A stretch of 64,000 nt of DNA from Rhizobacter sp. GTDB taxonomy: Bacteria > Pseudomonadota > Gammaproteobacteria > Burkholderiales > Burkholderiaceae_C. The notes beneath the pieces are model-generated. The model was not told the origin of the DNA. It saw only the letters and a list, made by a program, of their open reading frames with translations, and did no database searches. Below are positions 38,790 to 48,688 of this stretch, one piece after another. The translations under genes and the position numbers were made by a program. Position 1 is the first letter of the stretch. Each line of letters begins with the position of its first letter. The DNA is taken from assembly GCA_035702065.1 (NCBI GenBank), contig DASSRA010000142.1, positions 2,947 through 66,946 on the forward strand, in the 5' to 3' direction.

Positions 38790-40697
38790 ATGTTTGATTT
38801 TGTCCGCAAGCACACGCGCATCCTGCAGTTCGTTCTCGTGCTCCTGATCTTCCCGTCGTTTGTGTTCTTCGGGATCCAGGGCTACAGCCGGTTCTCCGAT
38901 GGCGCCAACGCGACGGTCGCCACGGTGGGGCAGCGCAAGATCACTCAGGCGGAACTCGATGCGGCACATCGCCGCCAGGTCGACATGCTGCGTGCGCAGA
39001 TGCCCGGTGTCGACGTGAAGCTCTTTGACACGCCGCAGGCGAAGCGCAACACGCTCGATGGTTTGGTGCGCGAGCAGGTGCTGCTCACCGCCGGCGAGAA
39101 GGCCGGCTATGTGACGACCGACGACCGCCTGCTGCGCGAGTACCAGACCGACCGCCAGTTCGACAGCTTCCGCCGGCCTGATGGCAGCCTGGACATCACG
39201 GCACTCGAACAAGCGCTGGCCCAACAGGGGCTGAGCAAGCAAGGCTTCGACAAGCTCAAGCGTGAAGAGCTGGTGATGCGCCAGGTCCAAGCTGGGATCG
39301 TAGGTACCGCGCTCGCTCCGGCCGCATCGGCATCCGCTGCGCTGGACGCGGTGTTCCAGCAGCGCGAAGTGCAGGTGCAGCGCTTCGATGCCAAGGACTA
39401 CCTCGGCAAGGTGAACCCGAGCGATGCCGACATCGAGGCTTACTACAAGGATCCGGCGCACGCGGCTGAATTCCTGACGCAGGAAAAGGCCGACATCGAG
39501 TACGTGGTGCTCGACCTTGAATCCATCATGAAGGGCATCAAGGTGCCCGAGGACGAACTCAAGAAGTACTACACCGAGAACGAGAAGAACTTCACGGTGG
39601 CCGAAGAGCGCCGCGCCAGCCACATCCTGATCAAGGCAGGGCAAGGCGCACGTGCCAAAGCAGACACCCTGCTGGCTGAGCTCACCAAGAACCCCAATGC
39701 GTTTGCCGACGTGGCGCGCAAGAACTCGCAGGATGCCGGCTCGGCCGACAAAGGCGGCGAGGTTGATATCTTCATCGGACGAGGCGACACCGACAAGGCG
39801 TACGAAGATGCCCTGTTCGCGTTGAAGAAGCCGGGTGACCTGAGCGCTGTCACGGAAACCAAGGAAGGTTTCTACATTCTTCAGCTCAAAGGCGTGCGCG
39901 GCGGCGAGAAGCGTAGCTATGAAAGCGCTCGTGCCGAGATCGAAGCCTTGCGCAAGAAGCAGATGGCCCAGGTTGAATATGCCAAGGCGGCTTCCGAGTT
40001 CAGCAACCTGGTCTACGAACAGGCGGACAGCCTCAAGCCCGCGGTCGACAAGCTCAAGCTCGAGTTACAGACCGCCAAGGGCGTGACCCGCGCCCCGGCT
40101 GCCGATGCCCGTGGCCCGCTGGCATCGCCCAAGCTGCTGGAGGCTCTCTTCGGTGCGGATGCACTGCGCAACAAGCGCAACACCGAGGCCATCGAGACGG
40201 CGCCCAACACCTTGGTGTCGGCGCGCATCGCCGAGTACAGCCCGGCGGCAACGCCGCCGCTGGCTGAGGTGCGCGCCCGTGTGCGCGAGAGGGTGATCGC
40301 TGCGCAAGCGGCCGCGCTGGCCCGCAAGGAAGGCGAGGCGCGCTTGGCGGCGCTACGCCAGGCACCTGCCACGGACCTCGGGACACCGGCGCAGACGATA
40401 TCGCGCGCGCAGGCCAAGGACCTGCCGCGCCCGGTGGTCGATGCCGCACTGAAGGCACCTGCCACATCGCTGCCTGGCGTGGCTGGTGTCGAGTTGGGTG
40501 ACCAGGGCTATGCGGTGGTTCGCGTCCTGAAGGTGCTGGGGCGCGATCCCGCGGCGGCCGATCCGGTGCGGGCCTCGGCCCAGTACACGCAAAGCTGGGC
40601 AAGCGCTGAGGCGCAGGCTTACTACGCAGCACTGAAGTCGCGCTTCAAGGTGGAGGTGCATATGCCTTCATCTGGGGACGGTAGCTCAGAGAAATAA
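38790..40697 (+). CDS. ppiD: PpiD-like membrane-anchored periplasmic chaperone (SurA N-domain + parvulin domain)
   Basis: N-terminal TM (ILQFVLVLLIFPSFVFFGI), ERRASHILI, SQDAGSADKGGE. Located after hupB. Confidence 0.9.
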   Translation: MFDFVRKHTRILQFVLVLLIFPSFVFFGIQGYSRFSDGANATVATVGQRKITQAELDAAHRRQVDMLRAQMPGVDVKLFDTPQAKRNTLDGLVREQVLLTAGEKAGYVTTDDRLLREYQTDRQFDSFRRPDGSLDITALEQALAQQGLSKQGFDKLKREELVMRQVQAGIVGTALAPAASASAALDAVFQQREVQVQRFDAKDYLGKVNPSDADIEAYYKDPAHAAEFLTQEKADIEYVVLDLESIMKGIKVPEDELKKYYTENEKNFTVAEERRASHILIKAGQGARAKADTLLAELTKNPNAFADVARKNSQDAGSADKGGEVDIFIGRGDTDKAYEDALFALKKPGDLSAVTETKEGFYILQLKGVRGGEKRSYESARAEIEALRKKQMAQVEYAKAASEFSNLVYEQADSLKPAVDKLKLELQTAKGVTRAPAADARGPLASPKLLEALFGADALRNKRNTEAIETAPNTLVSARIAEYSPAATPPLAEVRARVRERVIAAQAAALARKEGEARLAALRQAPATDLGTPAQTISRAQAKDLPRPVVDAALKAPATSLPGVAGVELGDQGYAVVRVLKVLGRDPAAADPVRASAQYTQSWASAEAQAYYAALKSRFKVEVHMPSSGDGSSEK

Positions 40698-40717
40698 AGC
40701 AAGGCGGGTTCCTCCGC

Positions 40718-40723
40718 TATAAT
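40718..40723 (+). promoter_or_regulatory. -10 box of the tRNA-His promoter
   Basis: Perfect TATAAT followed by GC-rich GCGCGGC, ending 12 bp before the tRNA. Confidence 0.65.
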
Positions 40724-40735
40724 GCGCGGCTCTGC

Positions 40736-40812
40736 GGTGGCTGTAGCTCAGTTGGTAGAGTCCAGGATTGTGATTCCTGTCGTCGTGGGTTCGAGTCCCA
40801 TCAGCCACCCCA
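40736..40812 (+). tRNA. tRNA-His (anticodon GTG)
   Basis: 8-bp acceptor GGTGGCTG/CAGCCACC including G-1, loop TT-GTG-AT, encoded CCA. Confidence 0.97.
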
Positions 40813-40821
40813 AGATTCAAG

Positions 40822-40850
40822 AAAGGCCTCCGGTTTTCCGGGGGCCTTTT
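40822..40850. terminator. Intrinsic, likely bidirectional, terminator
   Basis: AAAGGCCTCCGG-TTTT-CCGGGGGCCTTTT between tRNA-His and the convergent kinase. Confidence 0.82.
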
Positions 40851-40863
40851 ACTTTGTGGGGAC

Positions 40864-43158
40864 TCAGGTCCGTTCCGAGAGTTGGCGGATGCACACGCGG
40901 CAGCAGATGCCGCCGCCTGGGACTTCCCGCCAGTCGACCTCACCACCCAGCTGCTTGACGCGCTTGCGCACACCGCCCAGGCCCAGGCCGTGCGCCCAGG
41001 CTTGCGGGTTGCGGCCGACGCCGTTGTCGCTGACGCTCAGGTCGAGGCGGTCGCCTTCGAGTTGAAAGGCGATCTCCACGCGGCGGGCCTGCGAGTGCGA
41101 GATGACGTTGTTGACGAGCTCGCGCATCACGCGTGTCAGGCCAGACCACTGCACCACGGTGAGCGAGATGTCGCGATCCGCGCTGAAGTCCCAGCCCAGA
41201 GAGATGTGGGCGGCGGTGAGGCGTTGGGTGAGGTCGGCCTTCCACTCGGCTGCGGCGTGTGAGAGCGGGTGATTGGGCGCGGCCAGGCCGCGCGTCAGCG
41301 TCTTCAGGTCTTGCAGTGTGTGGCGAACGTAGTTCTCCATCTCGGGCGACTGGGCCTTGTACATCAGCGTCAGCAGCCGGGCGCCGATGTCGTCGTGCAG
41401 GTCTTGCGCGAGGCGCAGGCGCTCTTCGCTGCGGCCCTGCTCGACGGCCTTGTCAAACGCGACTGCGCGCCGCAGTTGCTCCACCACGCGTTCTGCCAAC
41501 CGGGCGTCTTCAGTCGTGAAGAGGCGCCGCCCGTGGTGCGCGTAGCGGATGACGATGGAACTCGCCTCGGCCTCGCCGTTGATCAACCCGGGCACCGGGA
41601 TCAACAAGGTCGAGCCGCCTCCCGTCACACGTGTGGTCGAGCTGCGCTTGTCGATGACGGTGGCTTCCATGGGTTCGAACAGTTCGCGCAACAACTGCGT
41701 GAGCAAGGCTGGTGTGCGCTCGGGGTGTGCTTCGACTTCACGCGCGATCCGGTAGAGCTTTTCGAACATGCGCTCGGTGGTGATCACGTTCTGGTTGCGC
41801 AACTGGTTGAGCAGCCATTGGCGGGCACCGGAGTACAGACCAAGCGACAAGAACAGCGCCAGCGTCAGCGAGGCGAACTGGCCGAGCGAGAAGGCCGCGA
41901 CGAACAGCAGATCGAGCGAGGTGGCGATGGTGCTGATCGCCGCGAGCAACGAGAACTCGCGCATGATCTGCTGCGACTTCGACAAGAAGGGCAGCAGCAG
42001 CAGCAGCGAAGCCAGGAACACGTACCAGATCGTGGGGCCGACCGAGGCAATCTGCTGCTGGACGAGCGGCATGCTCTCGGCCGCGGTGAGCGACAGCGTG
42101 AGGAGCGTCCAGGTGAGCAGGGCCAGAATGCCCAGTCGGCGCATCACGATCGCGAAGGGATGCGGTTCGATGTGGTGCGACCACGTCTGCAAGGCGATCG
42201 TTGCCAGGCACAACAGCGCCACGCCGCCTTGCACCCACCACCAGGTGCCTGCCAGTTCGCCGCTGGCCAGCAGCACGATGAGTGCGCCCACGCCCAGCCA
42301 GGTGGCCCAACCGATGCCGGTCGCGCCCGGAACCCGGCGCGGGTGCAGGGTCGAGACGTGCACCACGGCAGCGGCGGTGAGCAGGTCGAGGCTCATGCGG
42401 ACCGGCATGTTCCACGCCGGCAGCGGCCAGGGCAGGGCCAGCTCCATCGTCGATTCGATGGCGATGAAGGCGAGGTTGCCCGCTTGGCACAGCGCGGCCA
42501 GGGTGTAGAGCAGATTGCGCGCCGTGGGCCGGGCCAGCAGCACCACCATGGCCACCAGGTAGAGCACCAGGGCCAGGCCGGAGAGCAGCCAGAACATCGC
42601 GCCCAATGACCCCAGTCCACGCGGGGACAGGGTCTGCTCGACCATCTCACCTTCGGAGAAGAAGAGCCGCACCTTGTCATGCGACAAGGCGGCGGACAGC
42701 TGCTCGTGCATGGCGCGATGGCGCTCACGCTCGATGTCGTTGCCGAGCCAGCGCGAGGAGCGGCGCAGCGTGAGCGCGTCGACGACAGCCACGCTGTTGT
42801 CGCTGCCGATCACGCCGATCAGGGCGCGGCCTTCGTGCGCCATGAGCGCGGGTACCGGAGACGAAGCCAGCTCGAGCTGGCCCTGCGTGCCAGCTCGCCA
42901 GGTCGCGTCGATGTGGTGCGAATCCGCCAACCAGCGCGCCAGCAGCAGCACAGCCACGCAGCCGAGGAGGGCCGCACCCACCAGCAGGCGCAGGCGCCAG
43001 CCCATCCAGCGTGACAAGGGCTCGTCGCGGCCGAAGCTGCCTTCGATCAGCGCCGAATCGAGTGTGGAAGACTCCGCGCCTGCCTGGTTGAAGCCGCTGG
43101 GCTCGTTGAGGGCTGCAGCGGGGGTGGAGGCAGCCTCACCGCGCGAGCGCATCTCCAT
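40864..43158 (-). CDS. Polytopic membrane sensor histidine kinase (HisKA_3, NarX/UhpB/ComP class)
   Basis: ERLRLAQDLHDDIG, RELVNNVISHS, DNGVG, GLGLGGVRKRV. About 10 hydrophobic segments in the N-half. Confidence 0.9.
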   Translation of the reverse strand: MEMRSRGEAASTPAAALNEPSGFNQAGAESSTLDSALIEGSFGRDEPLSRWMGWRLRLLVGAALLGCVAVLLLARWLADSHHIDATWRAGTQGQLELASSPVPALMAHEGRALIGVIGSDNSVAVVDALTLRRSSRWLGNDIERERHRAMHEQLSAALSHDKVRLFFSEGEMVEQTLSPRGLGSLGAMFWLLSGLALVLYLVAMVVLLARPTARNLLYTLAALCQAGNLAFIAIESTMELALPWPLPAWNMPVRMSLDLLTAAAVVHVSTLHPRRVPGATGIGWATWLGVGALIVLLASGELAGTWWWVQGGVALLCLATIALQTWSHHIEPHPFAIVMRRLGILALLTWTLLTLSLTAAESMPLVQQQIASVGPTIWYVFLASLLLLLPFLSKSQQIMREFSLLAAISTIATSLDLLFVAAFSLGQFASLTLALFLSLGLYSGARQWLLNQLRNQNVITTERMFEKLYRIAREVEAHPERTPALLTQLLRELFEPMEATVIDKRSSTTRVTGGGSTLLIPVPGLINGEAEASSIVIRYAHHGRRLFTTEDARLAERVVEQLRRAVAFDKAVEQGRSEERLRLAQDLHDDIGARLLTLMYKAQSPEMENYVRHTLQDLKTLTRGLAAPNHPLSHAAAEWKADLTQRLTAAHISLGWDFSADRDISLTVVQWSGLTRVMRELVNNVISHSQARRVEIAFQLEGDRLDLSVSDNGVGRNPQAWAHGLGLGGVRKRVKQLGGEVDWREVPGGGICCRVCIRQLSERT

Positions 43159-43183
43159 GATGGTGCTAGCGGCCGCGCCGCGC

Positions 43184-43927
43184 TCAGACCAGGCCTTGCT
43201 TGCTGGCCAGTACGGCGGCCTCGGCCCGGCTGGAGACGTTCAGCTTCTTGTAGATCGACTTGATGTGGTCGTTGACCGTGAACCACTTGATGCCCATCAG
43301 GTTGGCGATTTCCTTGATGGTGAAACCCTTGCTGAGATACGTCAGCACTTCGCTCTCACGAGGAGTCAGACGTTCGTGGTCGAGCGGGGCGCCGCGGCCC
43401 AGCGGCATGGGGCGGCTGCTCTGGAAGCCGGAGGTGCCGGCCAAGCCGGGTTCGGCCAGCCCGCCCATGCCGCCCGGCCCTTGGCGGAAGTGGCTCAGCA
43501 GGCGGCGCGCGATGGCAGGCGACAGGGGCGGTTGCCCACGCACGATCTTCTGCAGCTCTTCGACCAGCACCTCGAAACGATCTTCCTTCAGCAGGTAGCC
43601 GTCGGCGCCGCATTGCAGGGCAGGGAAGAGGTGGTCGTCGTCGGAATACAGCGTGGTGACGATCTTGGTGGCTGGGTAGCGGGCCAGCTCGGCCAGCAGC
43701 TCCATGCCGTTGCCATCGGGCAGTTCGAGGTCGACCAGCACCAGTTTGAAGGGGTCGGCGGGCGGCTCACCGCGCTGAGGGTCGAGCAGGCCCACCTGTC
43801 GGCGTGCTGTCTCCAGGTCGCCGGCTTCGGTGATGACGATGACGTCGCTGAAACTCTCGCGCACCACGCGGCACAGGAAGCTGCGGGCAACCGGGTTGTC
43901 TTCGACGATCAGAACCTTGATAGCCAT
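43184..43927 (-). CDS. NarL/LuxR-family response regulator
   Basis: VLIVEDN, phospho-Asp in LVDLELPDGNG, GADGYLLKE, LTPRESEVL...TVNDHIKSIYKKL. Confidence 0.94.
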   Translation of the reverse strand: MAIKVLIVEDNPVARSFLCRVVRESFSDVIVITEAGDLETARRQVGLLDPQRGEPPADPFKLVLVDLELPDGNGMELLAELARYPATKIVTTLYSDDDHLFPALQCGADGYLLKEDRFEVLVEELQKIVRGQPPLSPAIARRLLSHFRQGPGGMGGLAEPGLAGTSGFQSSRPMPLGRGAPLDHERLTPRESEVLTYLSKGFTIKEIANLMGIKWFTVNDHIKSIYKKLNVSSRAEAAVLASKQGLV

Positions 43928-44000
43928 GCCGTGGCGATGCCTCTCGAAAGGGAGCGAGCATCGTAGCGCACTCACTCCGCCGGCCGGTATCCCTCAGATG

Positions 44001-44990
44001 TCAGGGGCGTGGATTGGCGGCGTTGGCCTGCAGTGCACGGGCCAGCCGGCCGTAGCGGTCGCGCAGGTCGAGCAGCTTTTCGTTCTTCTGGGCTTCGGTG
44101 AGCCTGGTGTCGAGCAGCACCTCCGAGCGCAGCTTGAAGTCTTCGATCTCCAGCACGAACTTGAGCTGCTGGTTGCTGGAGGCCTTGAAGCCTGCCAGGT
44201 CGAACATCTGCTTCAGGCGGTCTTTCTCTTCGGGGGTCTTGCCATAGGAGAACAGGAAGTTCGAGATCCGCATGCGCAGCGACAGCGGCAGGTCGGTGCG
44301 CCACAGCAGCGGATCCTTGGGGATCAGGGCCGATTCCCACAGCACGCGCAACTGGGCCGCCTGTGTCGGCTGGCGGATCTTCAGGCGTTCGAGTTCTTCC
44401 GTGTTGTAGGTGCCCGCGTGGGCCTTGCCCGCCAGCACCGCGTCCACCGTCTGGGCGTGGGTGCCGCGCAGCAGGGGGCTGAACTGCTCCTGCGGCCGGA
44501 TGTTGCGCGGCACGAAGAGCGCATACGACGGCATCAGGTGGCCGCTGGTGGAGATGTCTTCACCCAGCGCGAAGCCATAGGCCTTGGGCCGCGCCAGCAA
44601 CTGCTCGATGGAGCTGACGCCCGAGTCGCGCCGGGTGACGATCAAGGCGCGGTAGCCGAGAGAGCCGTTGGAGTCGACCAGTTGCGCAAACACCTCCACG
44701 TTGGCGCGTTCGATGCAATCGAGGGCAGCCTTGCTGGAGACCCAGGCCAGCTGCACCTTGTTGGTGACCAGCGCTTCGGCTGCATCGAGGTAGCTCTTGG
44801 CGTACCAGCCTTGCACCGGCACGCCGGTGGCGGCGCGCATGTCGGCGAAGAAGGGCTCCCAGGCCTTGCGCGAGTCGTCGACCGTGGTGGTGGTGATCAC
44901 GCCGAAGTTCAGCGTCTCGGCACGGTACTGTGCGCGTGCGGCGTGGGGCCAGAGGGCCAGCAGGGGCAGGTGGAGAAACAGTCGGCGCAC
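44001..44990 (-). CDS. PhnD-like phosphonate/phosphate-type periplasmic binding protein, no transporter genes adjacent
   Basis: Signal peptide, LNFGVI, GYRALIV, STSGHLMP, THAQTVDAV, IPKDPLLWRTDLP. Confidence 0.82.
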   Translation of the reverse strand: MRRLFLHLPLLALWPHAARAQYRAETLNFGVITTTTVDDSRKAWEPFFADMRAATGVPVQGWYAKSYLDAAEALVTNKVQLAWVSSKAALDCIERANVEVFAQLVDSNGSLGYRALIVTRRDSGVSSIEQLLARPKAYGFALGEDISTSGHLMPSYALFVPRNIRPQEQFSPLLRGTHAQTVDAVLAGKAHAGTYNTEELERLKIRQPTQAAQLRVLWESALIPKDPLLWRTDLPLSLRMRISNFLFSYGKTPEEKDRLKQMFDLAGFKASSNQQLKFVLEIEDFKLRSEVLLDTRLTEAQKNEKLLDLRDRYGRLARALQANAANPRP

Positions 44991-45051
44991 CGGGGATCCT
45001 CTGCGAGATCAGCTCGCGCAGCGGGATTATGGGCGGTGCGCCGAGTGGTCT

Positions 45052-46029
45052 TCAGTCGTTGACGAGCACCAGCTTGCCGCGAACCTGGCGGCTGCCCATG
45101 CGGGTAAAGGCTTCTTTCAGCGACTGCATCGGCAGGCGCGTGTCGATCACCGGCTTGATCTTGCCTTGCGCGTACCAGCTGGCCAGCTCGGCCAGCGCGG
45201 CGGCATTGTTCTTGGGCTCGCGGCGCGCGAACTCGCCCCAGAACACGCCGACGATGGACGCGCCCTTTAGCAGCGCCAGGTTGAGCGGCAGCGCGGGGAT
45301 GCCGCCCTGGGCAAAACCGATCACGAGGTAGCGGCCTCGCCAGGCGATGGAGCGGAACGCCGGCTCGGCCATGTCGCCGCCGACCGGGTCGTAGATGATG
45401 TCGGGGCCCTTGCCGTCGGTGAGCGTCTTCAGCTCCTCGCGCAGGTTGCCCTTGCTGTAGTTGATGGTGGCATCGGCGCCCAGCTCCTTGCACAGCGCGC
45501 ACTTCTCGTCGGTGGAGGCGGCGGCGATCACCCTGGCGCCGGCGGCCTTGGCGATCTGGATGGCGGCCGTGCCCACACCGCCGGCGGCGCCCAGCACGAG
45601 CACGGTCTCGCCGGCCTTGAGGGCGCCGCGATCCATCAGCGCGTGGTGCGTGGTGCCATAGGTGCAGAGGAAGGCAGCCGCGTCATCGAACGCAAAGCCC
45701 TTGGGCAGGGGCATCAGCAGCGAGGGCTTGGCCACCACGTGCGTGCCGAAGCCGCCGCCGCCACCGAAGGCCGCGACGGCATCGCCCACCTTGAAGCCGG
45801 TGACGCCTTCGCCAACCGACTCGATCACGCCGGCGTACTCCGAGCCCGGCACGAAGGGCAGCGGCGGCTTCATCTGGTACTTGTTCTGGACGATGAGCAG
45901 GTCAGGAAAGTTGAGGCTCGCCGCACGGATGGCGATGCGCACTTCGCCGGCCTTGGGCTCGGGCGTTGGCAGGTCTTTCCACTCCAGCGCTTCCGGGCCA
46001 ATCGGGTTCTCGCAAAGCCATGCCTTCAT
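45052..46029 (-). CDS. NADPH:quinone oxidoreductase (zeta-crystallin/MDR family)
   Basis: SLNFPD, PFVPGSEYAG, LGAAGGVG, YDPVGG. GGAGG SD. Confidence 0.92.
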   Translation of the reverse strand: MKAWLCENPIGPEALEWKDLPTPEPKAGEVRIAIRAASLNFPDLLIVQNKYQMKPPLPFVPGSEYAGVIESVGEGVTGFKVGDAVAAFGGGGGFGTHVVAKPSLLMPLPKGFAFDDAAAFLCTYGTTHHALMDRGALKAGETVLVLGAAGGVGTAAIQIAKAAGARVIAAASTDEKCALCKELGADATINYSKGNLREELKTLTDGKGPDIIYDPVGGDMAEPAFRSIAWRGRYLVIGFAQGGIPALPLNLALLKGASIVGVFWGEFARREPKNNAAALAELASWYAQGKIKPVIDTRLPMQSLKEAFTRMGSRQVRGKLVLVND

Positions 46030-46123
46030 CGTCGCCTCCATCGGGTTTTGTGAACTCTTGATGATAAGCAGAGCATGGCGCGCAGAGGCGTCACGCAGGT
46101 GACGAGTCCTTACAATCGCGGCC

Positions 46124-46870
46124 ATGCGCATACTCATTGCCAACGACGACGGATACCTCGCACCCGGGCTTGCCGCGCTCGTGAAAGCCTGCGAAGGCCT
46201 GGGCGAGATCGACGTGGTGGCACCTGAGCAGAACGCGAGCGGGACGTCGAACTCCCTCACGCTGAACCGGCCGCTCTCTGCCTTCACTGCGGCCAACGGC
46301 TTCCGCTACTTCAACGGCACGCCTTCCGATTGCGTGCACGTGGCCCTCACCGGCTTGCTGCCGCACCGCCCCGACCTGGTTCTCTCCGGCATCAACAACG
46401 GCGCCAACATGGGCGACGACACCTTGTACTCGGGCACTGTGGCCGCCGCGATGGAAGGCTTTCTCTTCGGCATCCCGGCCATTGCGTTCTCGCAGGTCGA
46501 CAAGGGCTGGGCGCACGTGGACGAGGCGGCCAAGGTGGCGCGCTCCATCGTCGAGCACGTGCTGGCCTCACCGCCGGCGTCGGGGCCTTGGCTGTTGAAC
46601 GTGAACATCCCCAACCGTGCCGATGCGACGACGCTGCCGCGCGAGATGACGCGCCTGGGCCGGCGCCATGCGAGCCAGCCGGTGATCCGCCAGACCAACC
46701 CGCGCGGCGAGCCCATCTACTGGATCGGCCCTGCCGGTGATGCGCGCGACGCGGGCGAGGGCACCGACTTCTACGCCACGGCGAATGGCCGGGTCTCGAT
46801 CACACCGCTGCAGGTCGATCTCACCGACCATGCGCGCCTGCCCGGGTGGCGCGAGTGGGTGGCCCAATGA
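46124..46870 (+). CDS. surE: 5'/3'-nucleotidase SurE
   Basis: [47 protein letters not shown]. Confidence 0.97.
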   Translation: MRILIANDDGYLAPGLAALVKACEGLGEIDVVAPEQNASGTSNSLTLNRPLSAFTAANGFRYFNGTPSDCVHVALTGLLPHRPDLVLSGINNGANMGDDTLYSGTVAAAMEGFLFGIPAIAFSQVDKGWAHVDEAAKVARSIVEHVLASPPASGPWLLNVNIPNRADATTLPREMTRLGRRHASQPVIRQTNPRGEPIYWIGPAGDARDAGEGTDFYATANGRVSITPLQVDLTDHARLPGWREWVAQ

Positions 46871-47676
46871 GCAGCCCGGCGCGCCCGCGGCCCAAGTTCC
46901 CCCTGCAGCTGGACGGCCTGAAGAATCCGGCCAGGAAGACGGCGCTGTTGCGCCCGCAGCAACCGCTGCAGCAGGCCGCAGCCGAATCGGCGCGCGTGGT
47001 CAAGCCTTCCGGCCTGGGTCTGGACTCGGCCGACGTTCGCCAGCGCATGGTGAACCGGCTGCACGCGGCGGGCCTGCGCGATGAGCTGGTGATGGCGGCC
47101 ATGGCCAAGGTGCCACGCCATCTGTTCGTCGACACCGCGCTGGCCACGCAGGCCTATGAAGACACCAGCCTGCCGATCGGGCTCGGTCAGACCATCTCCA
47201 AGCCTTCGGTCGTCGCCCGCATGATCGAGTTCCTGATGGCGGGCGCCGGCGCACAGGCGCGTCGCTCGCTCGGACACACACTGGAGATCGGTACCGGCTG
47301 CGGCTACCAGGCTGCCGTGCTGGCCCAGCTGTCACGTCAGGTGATGAGCATCGAGCGCCTCAAGCCCCTGCACGACAAAGCACGCGAACTGCTGGGGCCG
47401 TTGCGGCTCACGAACATCCGGCTGGTGTATGGTGACGGGATGCGAGGGCATGCACCCAATGCGCCCTACGACAGCATCATTGCCGCAGCAGGCGGCGAAT
47501 CATTGCCCGAAGCGTGGCTTGCACAGCTCGCGGTCGGCGGGCGCCTGGTGGCGCCTGTGCACGACGCAAGCGGCCGCCGCCAGGTGCTGGTGGTGGTGGA
47601 CCGGACTGAAGAGGCTTTCGTGCGCTCGGTGCACGAAGCCGTGCACTTCGTCCCTCTAAAATCAGGAACGGATTGA
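46867..47676 (+). CDS. pcm: Protein-L-isoaspartate O-methyltransferase
   Basis: [36 protein letters not shown]. Confidence 0.95.
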   Translation: MSSPARPRPKFPLQLDGLKNPARKTALLRPQQPLQQAAAESARVVKPSGLGLDSADVRQRMVNRLHAAGLRDELVMAAMAKVPRHLFVDTALATQAYEDTSLPIGLGQTISKPSVVARMIEFLMAGAGAQARRSLGHTLEIGTGCGYQAAVLAQLSRQVMSIERLKPLHDKARELLGPLRLTNIRLVYGDGMRGHAPNAPYDSIIAAAGGESLPEAWLAQLAVGGRLVAPVHDASGRRQVLVVVDRTEEAFVRSVHEAVHFVPLKSGTD

Positions 47677-48647
47677 TGACATTGGCCATGATGGGATCCC
47701 TGCCGAGCGAAGTGCGCCGCGTGCGCAACAGTGGCTTTGTGCGGCTCGCAATCGCTGCGCTGGCCGCAGTTGCGCTCGTGGGCTGCGCATCGCCCAACAA
47801 ATACCGCGCGCCGGTCGAGGACCGCGCGGTCACGAACCGGCCGGCCGGCTCCACCGCCACGGCGCCGAACGGCGCCGCATCGTCCACGGTCGCTGCCGCA
47901 CTGCCCACAGACACGAAGGTGCTGCCGGGTGCCGAGAACGCCGGCAAGCCCGGCTTCTACACCGTCAAGCCGGGTGACACGCTGATCCGCGTGGGCCTGG
48001 AGACCGGCCAGAACTGGAAAGACATCATCAAGTGGAACAACCTCGACAACCCGAACGTCATCGAGGTCGGGCAAGTGCTGCGCGTGACGGCACCGGGTGC
48101 CGACCCTAACGCCGTGGCCACGCGGGGTGTGACGTCCTCCAAACTCGAAACACGCCCCCTCGACGCACCCAAGGCCCAGCCGGCCGCTGCGTCGGGTACG
48201 GCGCCGGTGCCGACCCCGGTTGCCGTCGCACCACCGTCCGCGACCCTGCCGACGCCCCCTGCGCCGCGTGAAGGTGACGACGACATCAACTGGTTGTGGC
48301 CGGCCACCGGCCCGGTCGTCGGGGCCTTCGATGAGACCCGCACCAAGGGCCTGGCCATTGCCGGCAAGGCCGGTGATCCCGTGATGGCGGCTGCCGACGG
48401 CAAGGTGGTGTATGCCGGATCGGGCTTGCGCGGGTACGGCAACCTCGTGATCCTCAAGCACAACAACACGTACCTCACCGCGTATGCGCACAACCAGGCG
48501 CTTCTGGTGAAGGAAGAGCAGACCGTGAAGCGCGGACAGAAGATCGCCGAGATGGGCGCCACCGATGCGGAGCGCGTGCAACTGCACTTCGAGATCCGCA
48601 AGCAAGGCAAGCCGGTGGACCCGGCACGGATTCTCCCGCCGCGCTGA
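47676..48647 (+). CDS. nlpD: LysM + M23 peptidase-family lipoprotein NlpD
   Basis: Lipobox LVGC, LysM YTVKPGDTL, GYGNLVILKH, YAHN, LHFEIR. Start uncertain. Confidence 0.92.
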   Translation: MTLAMMGSLPSEVRRVRNSGFVRLAIAALAAVALVGCASPNKYRAPVEDRAVTNRPAGSTATAPNGAASSTVAAALPTDTKVLPGAENAGKPGFYTVKPGDTLIRVGLETGQNWKDIIKWNNLDNPNVIEVGQVLRVTAPGADPNAVATRGVTSSKLETRPLDAPKAQPAAASGTAPVPTPVAVAPPSATLPTPPAPREGDDDINWLWPATGPVVGAFDETRTKGLAIAGKAGDPVMAAADGKVVYAGSGLRGYGNLVILKHNNTYLTAYAHNQALLVKEEQTVKRGQKIAEMGATDAERVQLHFEIRKQGKPVDPARILPPR

Positions 48648-48688
48648 GCGACGGCGAGACGGTTCAAGCCCCCGACCTGTGCACGACC

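Noticed and set aside
38563-40864. tRNA-Val and tRNA-His as possible island integration sites
   Set aside because: No integrase, no duplicated tRNA 3' end seen, and flanking genes are core-like with a normal terminator after tRNA-His.
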